Assembly: GCA_017883205.1 (NCBI GenBank) | Contig: JADGNZ010000035.1 | Span: 444-64,443, forward strand | Reading direction: 5' to 3' | Source: Thermoanaerobaculia bacterium | GTDB lineage: Bacteria > Acidobacteriota > Thermoanaerobaculia > Gp7-AA8 | DNA length: 64,000 nucleotides | Shown here: one piece after another, positions 28,248-38,123 of the stretch | Position numbering within the stretch: position 1 is the first letter of the stretch | How the letters are laid out: every line of letters begins with the position of its first letter | Position numbers and translations under genes: made by a program | Notes under the pieces: generated by a model | The model's database searches: none | What the model was told of the DNA's origin: nothing | The model's input: the letters and a program-made list of their open reading frames with translations, nothing else

Positions 28248-30679
28248 TGTCGACGAATCCGTTCCCCGGCTTACGTCCATTCCTTGAAGAAGAAGAGCAT
28301 CTCTTTTTCGGGCGTGAATCGCAGGTCGACGCCATGGTCGACACGCTTGCCGCGTCGCATTTCCTGGCTGTGGTCGGGACATCCGGATCGGGAAAATCGT
28401 CGCTCGTAAACTGTGGTCTGCGCCCGGCCCTTCATCGGGGAATGATGGCGCAAGCCGGCACGTCGTGGCGTATCGCCCAGTTCCGGCCGGGAAACAATCC
28501 GATCTGCGCGATGGCGGAAGCGCTGGCCAAAGAGGGGGCTCTCTACGGCGGTGCCGTGGAAGGTCCCTTCACTCAAAGCGAGATGATCGAGTCGAGTCTT
28601 CGCATGAGCAAACTTGGGCTGCTGGATGTCTTCGAGCAAGCCCGTCTGCCCCAGGGAACGAATCTGCTCGTGGTGGCCGACCAGTTCGAAGAGCTCTTCC
28701 GATTTCAAGAGAAGAGCGCAATCGGAACCAACGCGCGGAACGATCTCGCCGACCAGGCCACGGCGTTCGTCAACCTCCTCCTGGAAGTGCGCGGACACAA
28801 AGACCTGCCCATCTACGTCACGCTCACGATGCGCTCTGACTTTCTCGGCGAGTGCGCGCAGTTCTACGGACTACCGGAGGCGATCAACGGGGGCCAGTAC
28901 CTCGTGCCGCGGATGACTCGTGACGAGCGCAGACGCGCCATCGCCGGTCCTGTCGGAGTCGGCGGCGCGGAGATCGATCCGGTCCTGCTCACGCGCCTGG
29001 TCAACGACGTCGGCGGGAATCCCGATCAGCTTTCGATCCTGCAGCATGCGCTCAACCGCACCTGGCGGCAGTGGGAACGCGAGGGCAGCAGCGGTCCGCT
29101 GACCCTGCAGCACTACGAGAAGATCGGCACGATGGCCGGCGCGCTCGATCAGCACGCGGAAAAAGCCTATGCGGAGCTCACCACGCCAAGGCAGCGCGAA
29201 ATCTGCGAGAAGCTCTTCAAAGCGATTACCGACAAGGCCAGCGATGCCCGCGGTGTGCGGCGGCCTACGAGCGTGGACACACTCTGCAAATTGACGGGTG
29301 CGACGATCGAGGAGCTCACCAGTGTCGTCGACGTCTTCCGTAAGCCCAGCCGCTCCTTCCTCATGCCGCCATTCGGCGAGGCCCTGAAGGCCGATACGGT
29401 GATCGACATCTCCCACGAGAGCCTGATGCGTGTTTGGGACCGCCTGCGGATCTGGACCGAGGAAGAGGCGCGATCGGCGGGAACCTACCGCCGTTTGAGC
29501 GAGACGGCCTCACTGGAGCTTCACAACGACGCGAGCCTCTGGACCGGCCCGGATCTGGCGGGAGCGCTGGCCTGGCTGAACGACGAAAAACCGGAAGCCT
29601 GCTGGGCCGAGCGGTACGCGCCGGGCTTCAACGAGGCGATGGCGTTCCTTCGGAAAAGCACGGACGCGCAGGCCGCGGAACAAAAGCGCCATCGCGATGA
29701 AGCGTTGGAGAAGGCTCGGACCCAGGCCCGCTATGCCCGGGCGATTGCATTGCTTTCCGTGGCGCTGGTTCTCGCCCTGGCTCTCGGGGGCCTGTTAATT
29801 TACCGAAACGCCGCCACCAATTACCGGAACGCCGCCACCGCGCACGAGAGGGAAAAGGAGAAGCTCAACCGGTCCGCAAGGTCACTGCGGCAACAGGTTA
29901 TTGCCTCAGAGCAACAGGTCGTCAGCTCACAGCAACAGGTCGTCAGTTCACAGGCAGTCGCCGTTCAGTCGTTTGCGGTTGACAAGCAGCGGCCCGAGGA
30001 CGCTCGGAGAATTCACCAGAGCTTCGAGGCGCTGACCCATATTTCGGCGATCACAGCAACCGCTTCTCCGGAGCATTACACGAAGATCCAGTATTTCAAG
30101 AAAGCGACGGACTCACAGAAACTCGCCATGGCGCTGGATGACCTCGGTTTCGCGGTAAGCGAGGAAACCGCACGTACTCCCCGCGAGACGAATTGCATCT
30201 GGTACGGATCCGCAGTGCCGGATAACGATGTCAAGCTTGTCGCGTATGCCGTCATGCGAGCCGGCATCGATCTTAAGGGTATTCAGCCGCAGAACGTCGA
30301 GATCGGCTTCGATCCGGAGGTAATCCAAGTCGGCCATAACCCTTACTTGGATGAACAACCTCCATTCACACCGGACATCCTCAACACAACGCCGCCAAAC
30401 CAACTCCGTCGCATCGAAGTAGGGGCCAAGTCGAACGTTACCGGCATAATTACCAAACTTGATCCGAAGGCGCAGGAGGGTTGGATCCAGGGGCCGAAGG
30501 GCCCGGTGTATTTCCAGTTCTCGGACGATCCGCCGCCGAAGCCATTTAACGTCGGCGATGCCGTGACATTCACTGTCTACTACGGCAAGCGAATGTACGC
30601 GGAGAGGGTCACGGCACGAACGGAACAGCCTCGGCCCGGATCGAAAGCGGCGAGCGAGCTCAAAGCTGGCGTCCAGTAG
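28244..30679 (+). CDS. nSTAND1-type NTPase with TM helix and C-terminal cold-shock/OB-like domain
   Basis: NPFPGLRPF, FFGRE, Walker A GTSGSGKSS, Walker B VVADQFEELF, MRSDF, LQHAL, SHESL..W; TM at about 29741-29803; GTGA overlap with the TIR gene. Confidence 0.85.
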   Translation: MMSTNPFPGLRPFLEEEEHLFFGRESQVDAMVDTLAASHFLAVVGTSGSGKSSLVNCGLRPALHRGMMAQAGTSWRIAQFRPGNNPICAMAEALAKEGALYGGAVEGPFTQSEMIESSLRMSKLGLLDVFEQARLPQGTNLLVVADQFEELFRFQEKSAIGTNARNDLADQATAFVNLLLEVRGHKDLPIYVTLTMRSDFLGECAQFYGLPEAINGGQYLVPRMTRDERRRAIAGPVGVGGAEIDPVLLTRLVNDVGGNPDQLSILQHALNRTWRQWEREGSSGPLTLQHYEKIGTMAGALDQHAEKAYAELTTPRQREICEKLFKAITDKASDARGVRRPTSVDTLCKLTGATIEELTSVVDVFRKPSRSFLMPPFGEALKADTVIDISHESLMRVWDRLRIWTEEEARSAGTYRRLSETASLELHNDASLWTGPDLAGALAWLNDEKPEACWAERYAPGFNEAMAFLRKSTDAQAAEQKRHRDEALEKARTQARYARAIALLSVALVLALALGGLLIYRNAATNYRNAATAHEREKEKLNRSARSLRQQVIASEQQVVSSQQQVVSSQAVAVQSFAVDKQRPEDARRIHQSFEALTHISAITATASPEHYTKIQYFKKATDSQKLAMALDDLGFAVSEETARTPRETNCIWYGSAVPDNDVKLVAYAVMRAGIDLKGIQPQNVEIGFDPEVIQVGHNPYLDEQPPFTPDILNTTPPNQLRRIEVGAKSNVTGIITKLDPKAQEGWIQGPKGPVYFQFSDDPPPKPFNVGDAVTFTVYYGKRMYAERVTARTEQPRPGSKAASELKAGVQ

Positions 30680-30689
30680 TTACCGGCCG

Positions 30690-30783
30690 GCGCGTTGGCG
30701 ATTCGCTCGATCGGCGCCGGCTTCCGGTCTTCGCTCACTTTCACGCAGACCACCTGCGCCTCGGTGACCAGGACTTTGTTCTG
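30690..30783 (-). pseudogene. Degenerate duplicate of the thioesterase gene 3' end (31289-31382)
   Basis: 94-bp ungapped match with 10 mismatches by manual count. Confidence 0.9.
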
Positions 30784-30841
30784 GTGAAGAGTGTCACGCG
30801 CAGACGCGGAGGTACGTCTTGGCCGTTAACCTTAACACCCT

Positions 30842-31098
30842 GAGTCTCTTGCGAAAGACTCCCGAGTCTTTTGCGAAAGACCCCCGAGTCTTTTGCGAAA
30901 GACCCCCGAGTCTTTAACGAAAGACCCCCGAGTCTTTTGCGAAAGACCCCCGAGTCTTTAACGAAAGACCCCCGAGTCTTTTGCGAAAGACCCCGAGTCT
31001 TTAACGAAAGACCCCCGAGTCTTTTGCGAAAGACCCGGGTGTCATTATCGAATGACCCGGGAGTCATTGTCGAATGACTCGGGAGTCATTCGCGAAAG
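30842..31098. repeat. Tandem array of twelve 22-bp self-palindromic units
   Basis: gaGTCTTT-(tgcg/aacg)-AAAGACcccc x9, then variants GTCATT-nnnn-AATGAC; last unit degenerate. Confidence 0.95.
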
Positions 31099-31162
31099 GG
31101 CACGGCAGAGGAGCTAACTGCATGGGGGTTCAGTAATTTAGGTGCTTCATCTGACAGATCGC

Positions 31163-31257
31163 AAGGGGGCAGGTCGAAACCGAAACCGACGACAGCTTGA
31201 GTAGAGCGGAATGCTCGCAGCGAAGTGTCGTCGGTTTCGGTTTCGACCTGACCCCTT
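31163..31257. repeat. Long hairpin (25-bp perfect IR, 31170-31194 / 31226-31250)
   Basis: caggtcgaaaccgaaaccgacgaca / tgtcgtcggtttcggtttcgacctg, extended by aagggg / cccctt. Confidence 0.9.
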
Positions 31258-31277
31258 CGCTTCTTCCGCTTCGCCTC

Positions 31278-31685
31278 TCAACGGCTCAGCGCGTTGGCGA
31301 TGCGCACGATCGGAGTCGGCTTCCGATCTTCGCCCACGTTCACGTAGACCACCTGCGCCTCGGTGACGAGGACTTTCTTCTGTGGGTCGGTACCGCGGAT
31401 CGCCTCACAAACGACTTTGACCGTGATCGAGGTCCTGCCGATGCGGAGGGTCTCCGTCCAAAAGCTGATGAGGTCACCGACGAAGACGGGCTGGTGAAAG
31501 ACGATCTTGTCCATCGACACGGTCAGCATCAGCCGGGAGCCCTGGCGGCGCGCTTCGATCGCGCCGGCCTGGTCGATGTAGCTGAGGATCACGCCGCCGA
31601 AGATCGTGCCTTGCGCGTTCGTGTCGCGCGGCATCATCAAGACCCGGATGGCGGGCTCTGCCCAACGTTCGGCGATTTCAGTCAT
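31278..31685 (-). CDS. Acyl-CoA thioesterase (hotdog fold)
   Basis: MPRDTNAQGTIFGGVILSYID, F..PVFVGD, GRTSI. Confidence 0.9.
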   Translation of the reverse strand: MTEIAERWAEPAIRVLMMPRDTNAQGTIFGGVILSYIDQAGAIEARRQGSRLMLTVSMDKIVFHQPVFVGDLISFWTETLRIGRTSITVKVVCEAIRGTDPQKKVLVTEAQVVYVNVGEDRKPTPIVRIANALSR

Positions 31686-31753
31686 GTTCGATCACTCAGA
31701 GCGAAATCCCGATCGTCCCGCCTCGGTGACAACAACCCAGCCAGGCATCTCGC

Positions 31754-33703
31754 CTAGCCGGGCTGCTGCGAAGGCGTCTGCTGTTCGGTGACCTTCTTGT
31801 TGATGTCGATCGATGCTGCTTTCCGCAGGCTCTGGAGCATCGTAATACGGAGGTTCCGTGACTCCTGCTGGCGCAACGTCTCCATGAATTGCGTACGGTT
31901 TTGCGCGAGCGTGGCGGGATCAACTTTCTTCTGCTCGAGGACCTGGAAGATCACGGCACCGTCGCCGGTCATGATCGGACCCTTCACCTCACCCACCGGA
32001 GCGGTCATCGCCGCATTGACGAGCGCCGACGTGTCGCCGGTGAACCCGGTCACGGAGCCCTGGCGGTTGACCGACGTTTCCGCTGAGGCCAGGCCGAGTT
32101 TGGCGCCGGCCACATCCACGGACGGGGCAGGCAGCTCTTTCGCCAGCGCCTGCTGCGCGAGCAGCCGCGCCTTCTCCATCTTTGCGTCGTTCTCGACCTT
32201 GGCGCGCACCTCGTCGAGCGGCGAAACGCCGGCCGAGCGGATGTTGTACAGGAACGGAATGGCTGGACCGCGCTGTGTACCGATGATGTCGCCGACGTCG
32301 TTCTGCTTGGCCGCAAAGGCCCAGCTCGTGAACGCCGGATTGTTTCCCATTCCCGGAATTGCATCGGTCTTGCCGAACCACTGCGAGTCATTCGACGCCA
32401 CGTTCCCGCTGGCCAGCGCCGTGAACTCGGCGGCAGTCTTCGGCTTGTTCTCTTTGATGCGTGCGGCGATGCGGGTGATCTCGTCGCGGGCGTTATCCTT
32501 CGACTGCTGCTCGATGGTCAAGCCGCGCAGCCGGTCGCGCACCTCTTCGAACGTGTGGTATCCCGGCGGACGCCGCTCCAGCACTTTGATGATGTGGTAG
32601 CCAAACTCGGCGGAGCGGATCGGATCGCTGATCGTATTCAACGGCATCGTGAAGGCCGCCTTATCGAACGGTTCGACCGTCGTATCCTTGTCGACCCAAC
32701 CCATGTCGCCGCCCTTGCCTGCGGAGGATGGATCGCCCGAGTTTTCTTTCGCCAGCTTCCCGAAATCGGCACCGGCACGAAGCTGGCGGACGAGGTCATC
32801 AGCCTTCGCCTTGGCCGCCTGCTCGACCGGCGCGGGAGCGCCCTGATCAACCTTGATGAGGATATGAAGAATGTGCGCACCCTGGGGAGCTTTGAACTCC
32901 TCATGGCGCTGGTCGTAGATCTTGCGCACCTCGGCGTCGCTCGGGTTGATCTGCGCCCGGACCTTGGCGAAGTCGGCGATCAGGTATTTGGCCGCGCGCT
33001 GTTCACCGTGCGTGTATTGCGACTGGTGGGTGGTGTAGTACTGCTGCACCTCGGCCGGAGTCACGTTGACATTTGCCGCTTCCCGGGCTGCGGGATAGAG
33101 GACGTATTTGATCTTCGCGGTTTCGCTGGTGCGGCGATACTCGTCGTCGGCGGACTTCGGCGAGATGATGATCGAGTTCTGAATGGCGCTCTCGATCTTC
33201 GAGAGCGTGATCTCGCGGGCAAGCTCCTCTTCAAACTCCGCCGGCGACTGGTAGCCCATCATCGTGACGTAGCGCGTGTAGATCTCGGCGCCCACAAACT
33301 TGCCGTCGGGATTGAGCGTGGGCAGATCCAGAATCTTCTTCCGCACTTCCTCGGCTGATGCGCCGAGGTGAAGACGGCGGGCCTGCTGGAGGAGAAGATG
33401 CTGATCGATCAGCGAGTCGAGCACCTGCTTCTGCAGACCCAGCTGTTGAATCTGGTCCGGCGTAAGCGGCTGCCGGTACATCTGCTCGTAGTTCTTTTCG
33501 GTGTAGTAGAGAGCCCGATCGAACTCGCGGTACGAGATCGTCTCCCCGTTCACGCGGGCCGCGTACGCATGCTGGTCGATCCCGCCACCGTTGCCGGCAC
33601 CGCCAGCGCCCCAGTCGACGAAAATGAAGAGGATAAAGACCGCAACAATGGCGACCAGAATCCATTTGAGGTGCTGAAAGCTATCGCGCATCAACTTGAG
33701 CAT
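31754..33703 (-). CDS. ppiD: PpiD-like membrane-anchored parvulin chaperone
   Basis: N-terminal TM, AARVNGETI, HILIKV, FGKLAKENSGD, GGDMGW, FGYHIIKV; start MLKLMR. Confidence 0.85.
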   Translation of the reverse strand: MLKLMRDSFQHLKWILVAIVAVFILFIFVDWGAGGAGNGGGIDQHAYAARVNGETISYREFDRALYYTEKNYEQMYRQPLTPDQIQQLGLQKQVLDSLIDQHLLLQQARRLHLGASAEEVRKKILDLPTLNPDGKFVGAEIYTRYVTMMGYQSPAEFEEELAREITLSKIESAIQNSIIISPKSADDEYRRTSETAKIKYVLYPAAREAANVNVTPAEVQQYYTTHQSQYTHGEQRAAKYLIADFAKVRAQINPSDAEVRKIYDQRHEEFKAPQGAHILHILIKVDQGAPAPVEQAAKAKADDLVRQLRAGADFGKLAKENSGDPSSAGKGGDMGWVDKDTTVEPFDKAAFTMPLNTISDPIRSAEFGYHIIKVLERRPPGYHTFEEVRDRLRGLTIEQQSKDNARDEITRIAARIKENKPKTAAEFTALASGNVASNDSQWFGKTDAIPGMGNNPAFTSWAFAAKQNDVGDIIGTQRGPAIPFLYNIRSAGVSPLDEVRAKVENDAKMEKARLLAQQALAKELPAPSVDVAGAKLGLASAETSVNRQGSVTGFTGDTSALVNAAMTAPVGEVKGPIMTGDGAVIFQVLEQKKVDPATLAQNRTQFMETLRQQESRNLRITMLQSLRKAASIDINKKVTEQQTPSQQPG

Positions 33704-33867
33704 CGGGACGAACCTCTTGTTTTGACTTGATTTGGATGGCAACCGCGGCGCGGGACACCTCCAGCCGGGCGATCGCGTGAATCCGTAAAAAACGCGGCAG
33801 TGTAGCTATTCCCGCCTCCCGGAGCAAACTGTGCCGCTGGGCGTGCTATAAACTTCGACTCGTCCCG

Positions 33868-35301
33868 ATGGCCAAAGAGAAGCAGAGCTCCGGACCCGTG
33901 ATCGACTGGTATCTCGTTTCCATCGAGCGCCTCAAGCAGATCGGTATCGTGATACTCGTCGTCCTTCTCGGAGGCGGTGCATGGTGGTACTACACCAACC
34001 AGAAACGTAATCCGCGCAGCTCGGCCGAAGCAGCGATCGCCGAGGCCAGACAGGCGCTCAACACGCTCGCTGCTTCCAAAGACTTTCCGATGCATCGCAG
34101 CGATTTCGATCGCGCGCAGCACAAACTCGACGAAGCCGGGACGAAGCTCGCCGCCGGCAATTATCCCGACGCCGAGAGCGCCGCGGTGGAGTCGCAGACC
34201 TTCAGCAGGGCCGCGCTCAGCGGAAAAGGAGGCGCGGACAACGACGCACAGTTCCTCACCGTCGAAGGCGACGTACAGTTTCAGAAGTCCTCGACGAGCG
34301 ACTGGAGTCCGGCGGAGATGCGCACGCCGCTCTTTAACGGCGACTGGGTCAAGACCGGAGGCAGCGCTTCCGCGGAGCTCATCTTTTCGAACGGTTCGCT
34401 CTACACGATCGGACCGAACGCACTCCTCGAGATCTACTCGCAATTCAATGCAGCGACCAGCAGGAAGAACAATTCCGTGCAGATGCAGGTCGGCTCGGTC
34501 GAGGTGGCAACAACCGACGACGCGTCGAGCGTCCGCACGCCCGGCAGCCAGGTCACCATCGACTCCGAGTCGACGACGCAAGTCGGTGTCGACACGCAGA
34601 AAACGACCGCGGTCCTGGCGGAAAAGGGATCGGCCTCGATAGCCCCGTCCGACGGCAGCGCGGCAGTGAAACTCGCCGTCGGCGAGAAGGTCACCACCAC
34701 CCCGCAGGGAGCGCTTTCTGCCGTACGCAAGCTTCCCATGCCGCCCGCGCTCCTCACGCCGTCCGACAATCAGGTCTTTCTGGTCACGGCCGATTCGCGC
34801 GTCGAGTTCTCGTGGGAAGCCGTACCGGGAGCCACCGGCTACCTGCTGCAAGTCTCCCGTTCGCGCCTTTTCACATCTCTGGAGATCAATTCGCAACGCC
34901 AGAAAACCACCGCCTCGGCGCTAGTGACCGCAGAGGGAGCGTTCTACTGGCGCGTAGCAGCAACGGAAGCAGGAGGCGACGTCGGTCCGTTCTCCGCATT
35001 TCGACGCTTCCGCGTCAACGGCCCGGGTCACGAAGGGACGACCGCTCCGGATGCTCCGGCACCACGGCTGCAGCTCAAGCGTCCGTATTCGATCGGCGGA
35101 GCGTTCTTCATGATCGAAGGGGACACAGACCCCGGCGCAACGGTCCTCATCAACGACGAGGACGCCGACGTCGAAGGGAACGGTCACTTCAAGAAGCTCG
35201 TCAGCTTCAACAAGGTCGGAACCAATCTGGTCGTCGTCAAAGCAACCAACGCAGCAGGCAAACAAACCCGGCAATCCGAGACGGTGCACGTGGAAGAATA
35301 G
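33868..35301 (+). CDS. FecR-domain protein with C-terminal FN3/Ig-like domains
   Basis: TM; GDVQ..W..L.NGDWVKTG..S.AEL.F..GS...IGPNALLEI; L.P.D...FSW....YLLQVS..YWRV. Confidence 0.75.
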   Translation: MAKEKQSSGPVIDWYLVSIERLKQIGIVILVVLLGGGAWWYYTNQKRNPRSSAEAAIAEARQALNTLAASKDFPMHRSDFDRAQHKLDEAGTKLAAGNYPDAESAAVESQTFSRAALSGKGGADNDAQFLTVEGDVQFQKSSTSDWSPAEMRTPLFNGDWVKTGGSASAELIFSNGSLYTIGPNALLEIYSQFNAATSRKNNSVQMQVGSVEVATTDDASSVRTPGSQVTIDSESTTQVGVDTQKTTAVLAEKGSASIAPSDGSAAVKLAVGEKVTTTPQGALSAVRKLPMPPALLTPSDNQVFLVTADSRVEFSWEAVPGATGYLLQVSRSRLFTSLEINSQRQKTTASALVTAEGAFYWRVAATEAGGDVGPFSAFRRFRVNGPGHEGTTAPDAPAPRLQLKRPYSIGGAFFMIEGDTDPGATVLINDEDADVEGNGHFKKLVSFNKVGTNLVVVKATNAAGKQTRQSETVHVEE

Positions 35302-35308
35302 GGTTCGC

Positions 35309-35391
35309 GGGAGTCGCTGGTCGGGAGTCGGGGGTCGGAGAGCACTGGCAACGTTTGCGCTCCGACCCCCGACTCCCGATCTGCGACCCCC
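35309..35391. repeat. GGGAGTC/GGGGTCG heptamer hairpin upstream of mreB
   Basis: gtcgctggtcgggagtcgggggtcggag ... ctccgacccccgactcccgatctgcgac. Confidence 0.85.
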
Positions 35392-35450
35392 ACTTCAGGG
35401 CAACGCTCTTGCAGCAAGCCTCCCAAACGTCAAAAAAGGACAAGATCTAG

Positions 35451-36479
<1,029 letters not shown>

Positions 36480-36586
36480 CGGGGTGTGGGGAGTGGGGAG
36501 TGGGGAGTGGTAGAGCGCGGCGAGTGGAAGCTCATCCCGAATCCGGCTCCGTTTCCTCTCCCACACCCCACCCCCCACTCCGCACG
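36480..36586. repeat. GGGGAGT heptamer hairpin between mreB and mreC
   Basis: ggggtgtggggagtggggagtggggagtgg ... cccacacccccaccccccactccgcac. Confidence 0.85.
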
Positions 36587-36625
36587 CCCACTGGCTCAGA
36601 ATCTGCTCCATAACGCGCACGAACC

Positions 36626-37486
36626 ATGGCCGCACCCGCTGACGTAATCCCACGGCGCCCGACGTTGCTGTTCATCGTCGTCCTGGCGTTGCTCTTTTTT
36701 CTCATGAGCCTGAGCAGCAGGACGCGCTACATCGGTGAGACCCGCACGATGTTCGAGCGCAGCGTCATGATCCTCTTCGCGCCGATTCCGAAGACCGTGA
36801 ACTGGGCCGGCCAGTCGATGTCGGACGTCTACCATGGCTATCTCGACATGCGGCGCTCTGTCGGCGAGAACCTGCAGCTTCACCGGCAGATCGATGAGCT
36901 CACGACCGAGAACCTTCGCCTTCGCCAGTCCGAGGGCGATCTGCGCCGCCTGCGCAGTCTCCTCGGCTATTCGGAAGAGTTCACGATGCCGACGACCATG
37001 GCCGAGCCGGTCATGCTCGACATCTCCGGGCGCTTCAAATCGATCATCCTCGACCGCGGATCGAACACCGGCATCGAGGTCAACGACGCCGTCGTCAATG
37101 CCAGCGGGCTGATTGGCCGCGTTGTATTGACGACGAAAGACATGGCCAAGGTGCAATTGATCACCGACGGAAACTCCTCGGTAGGCGTCCTCATCGACCG
37201 GACCCGCCGGCAGGGCGTTCTTCGCGGTGATGGCGCGGCCGGCGCGCAGCTCTATGACATCCCGTCACTCTCCGACGTCAAGCCCGGCGACGTCGTCATG
37301 ACCGCCGGCATCGACGGCATCTATCCGAAAGGAATCCCGGTCGGAGTGGTGACGAAGGCGGAGAAAGGGCAGGACCTCTTCAAGACCATCGTCGTCCGTC
37401 CGTCGATCGACTTCGGCTCGATCGAGGAAGTGATCGTCCTGCACACGCGCAAAATACCGAATGACGTGGTGAGGTACACACCTTGA
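36626..37486 (+). CDS. mreC: Rod shape-determining protein MreC
   Basis: TM, coiled coil ENLRL, LDRG, GLIGRV, GIYPKGIPVG; synteny. Confidence 0.93.
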   Translation: MAAPADVIPRRPTLLFIVVLALLFFLMSLSSRTRYIGETRTMFERSVMILFAPIPKTVNWAGQSMSDVYHGYLDMRRSVGENLQLHRQIDELTTENLRLRQSEGDLRRLRSLLGYSEEFTMPTTMAEPVMLDISGRFKSIILDRGSNTGIEVNDAVVNASGLIGRVVLTTKDMAKVQLITDGNSSVGVLIDRTRRQGVLRGDGAAGAQLYDIPSLSDVKPGDVVMTAGIDGIYPKGIPVGVVTKAEKGQDLFKTIVVRPSIDFGSIEEVIVLHTRKIPNDVVRYTP

Positions 37487-37989
37487 GGTGGCTTCGATTC
37501 GCGGTCGGACTCCTGATCGCTCTGACTCTTCACTCGCTGCTCGACAGCTTCTTCCCGAACGCGCTGGCGTTCTTCAACCCGTACGTCATCCTCGTCGTCT
37601 ACTACTCGATGGGCGGCAACGTCTTCGGCGCGATCATCGCAGGCGTCATCGCAGGCCTCGTGCAGGATGCCTACTCCGGCGCGATGTTCGGACTTCACGC
37701 TTTCGCACTCACCGTTTGCGCCTACGCCGTGGCCTCCATCAACTCCCGCCTCGTGCTGCGCGGCACGCTCGCGTTCGGCGCCTGCCTGGTCGGGGCCGTG
37801 ATCGTGAACGAGCTGGTGATCTACATCCTCGTGAACATCCTCCTCAAACAGAAGGTCGAGATGTTCGAGCAGGGAATGATCGTAAAGACGGTCTTCACCT
37901 GCCTCTTCGGGATGATCGTCTATCTATTGTTGACCCTGTTTCTGCGAGAAGAGCCGATCGACGCAACGAGGAGGCCGGCAGGGTGGTGA
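37483..37989 (+). CDS. mreD: Rod shape-determining protein MreD
   Basis: Hydrophobic, GLVQD..SG..FG; lies between mreC and mrdA. Confidence 0.85.
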   Translation: MRWLRFAVGLLIALTLHSLLDSFFPNALAFFNPYVILVVYYSMGGNVFGAIIAGVIAGLVQDAYSGAMFGLHAFALTVCAYAVASINSRLVLRGTLAFGACLVGAVIVNELVIYILVNILLKQKVEMFEQGMIVKTVFTCLFGMIVYLLLTLFLREEPIDATRRPAGW

Positions 37990-37995
37990 GTTTCG

Positions 37996-38112
37996 CGGGG
38001 GTCGGCTTTCGGGGGTCGGGGGTCGGAGCAAGGCCTGCTACATGCAAGACCGATAATTGAACACCGATAATAGAGCTCGATCCGACACCCGACTCCCGAA
38101 CCCCGACACCCG
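37996..38112. repeat. GGGGTCG heptamer hairpin between mreD and mrdA
   Basis: cgggggtcgggggtcggagcaagg ... tccgacacccgactcccgaaccccgacacccg; left arm nearly identical to the 2691 element. Confidence 0.85.
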
Positions 38113-38123
38113 AGTGACCAACC

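Noticed and set aside
30741-31077. ORFs 30741..31067 (-) and 30871..31077 (+)
   Set aside because: They are translations of the 22-bp repeat array, whose period is not a multiple of 3; no protein-like features.
30842-31098. CRISPR array
   Set aside because: Units are contiguous with no unique spacers, and there are no cas genes in the window.
31141-31260. c-di-GMP or other riboswitch (GCAA/GAAA motifs)
   Set aside because: The region is explained by one long perfect inverted repeat and lies downstream of two convergent genes, not in a 5' leader.
30690-31382. Diversity-generating retroelement TR/VR pair
   Set aside because: Only 4 of 10 mismatches are at adenines of the putative template on the coding strand, and there is no reverse transcriptase in the window.
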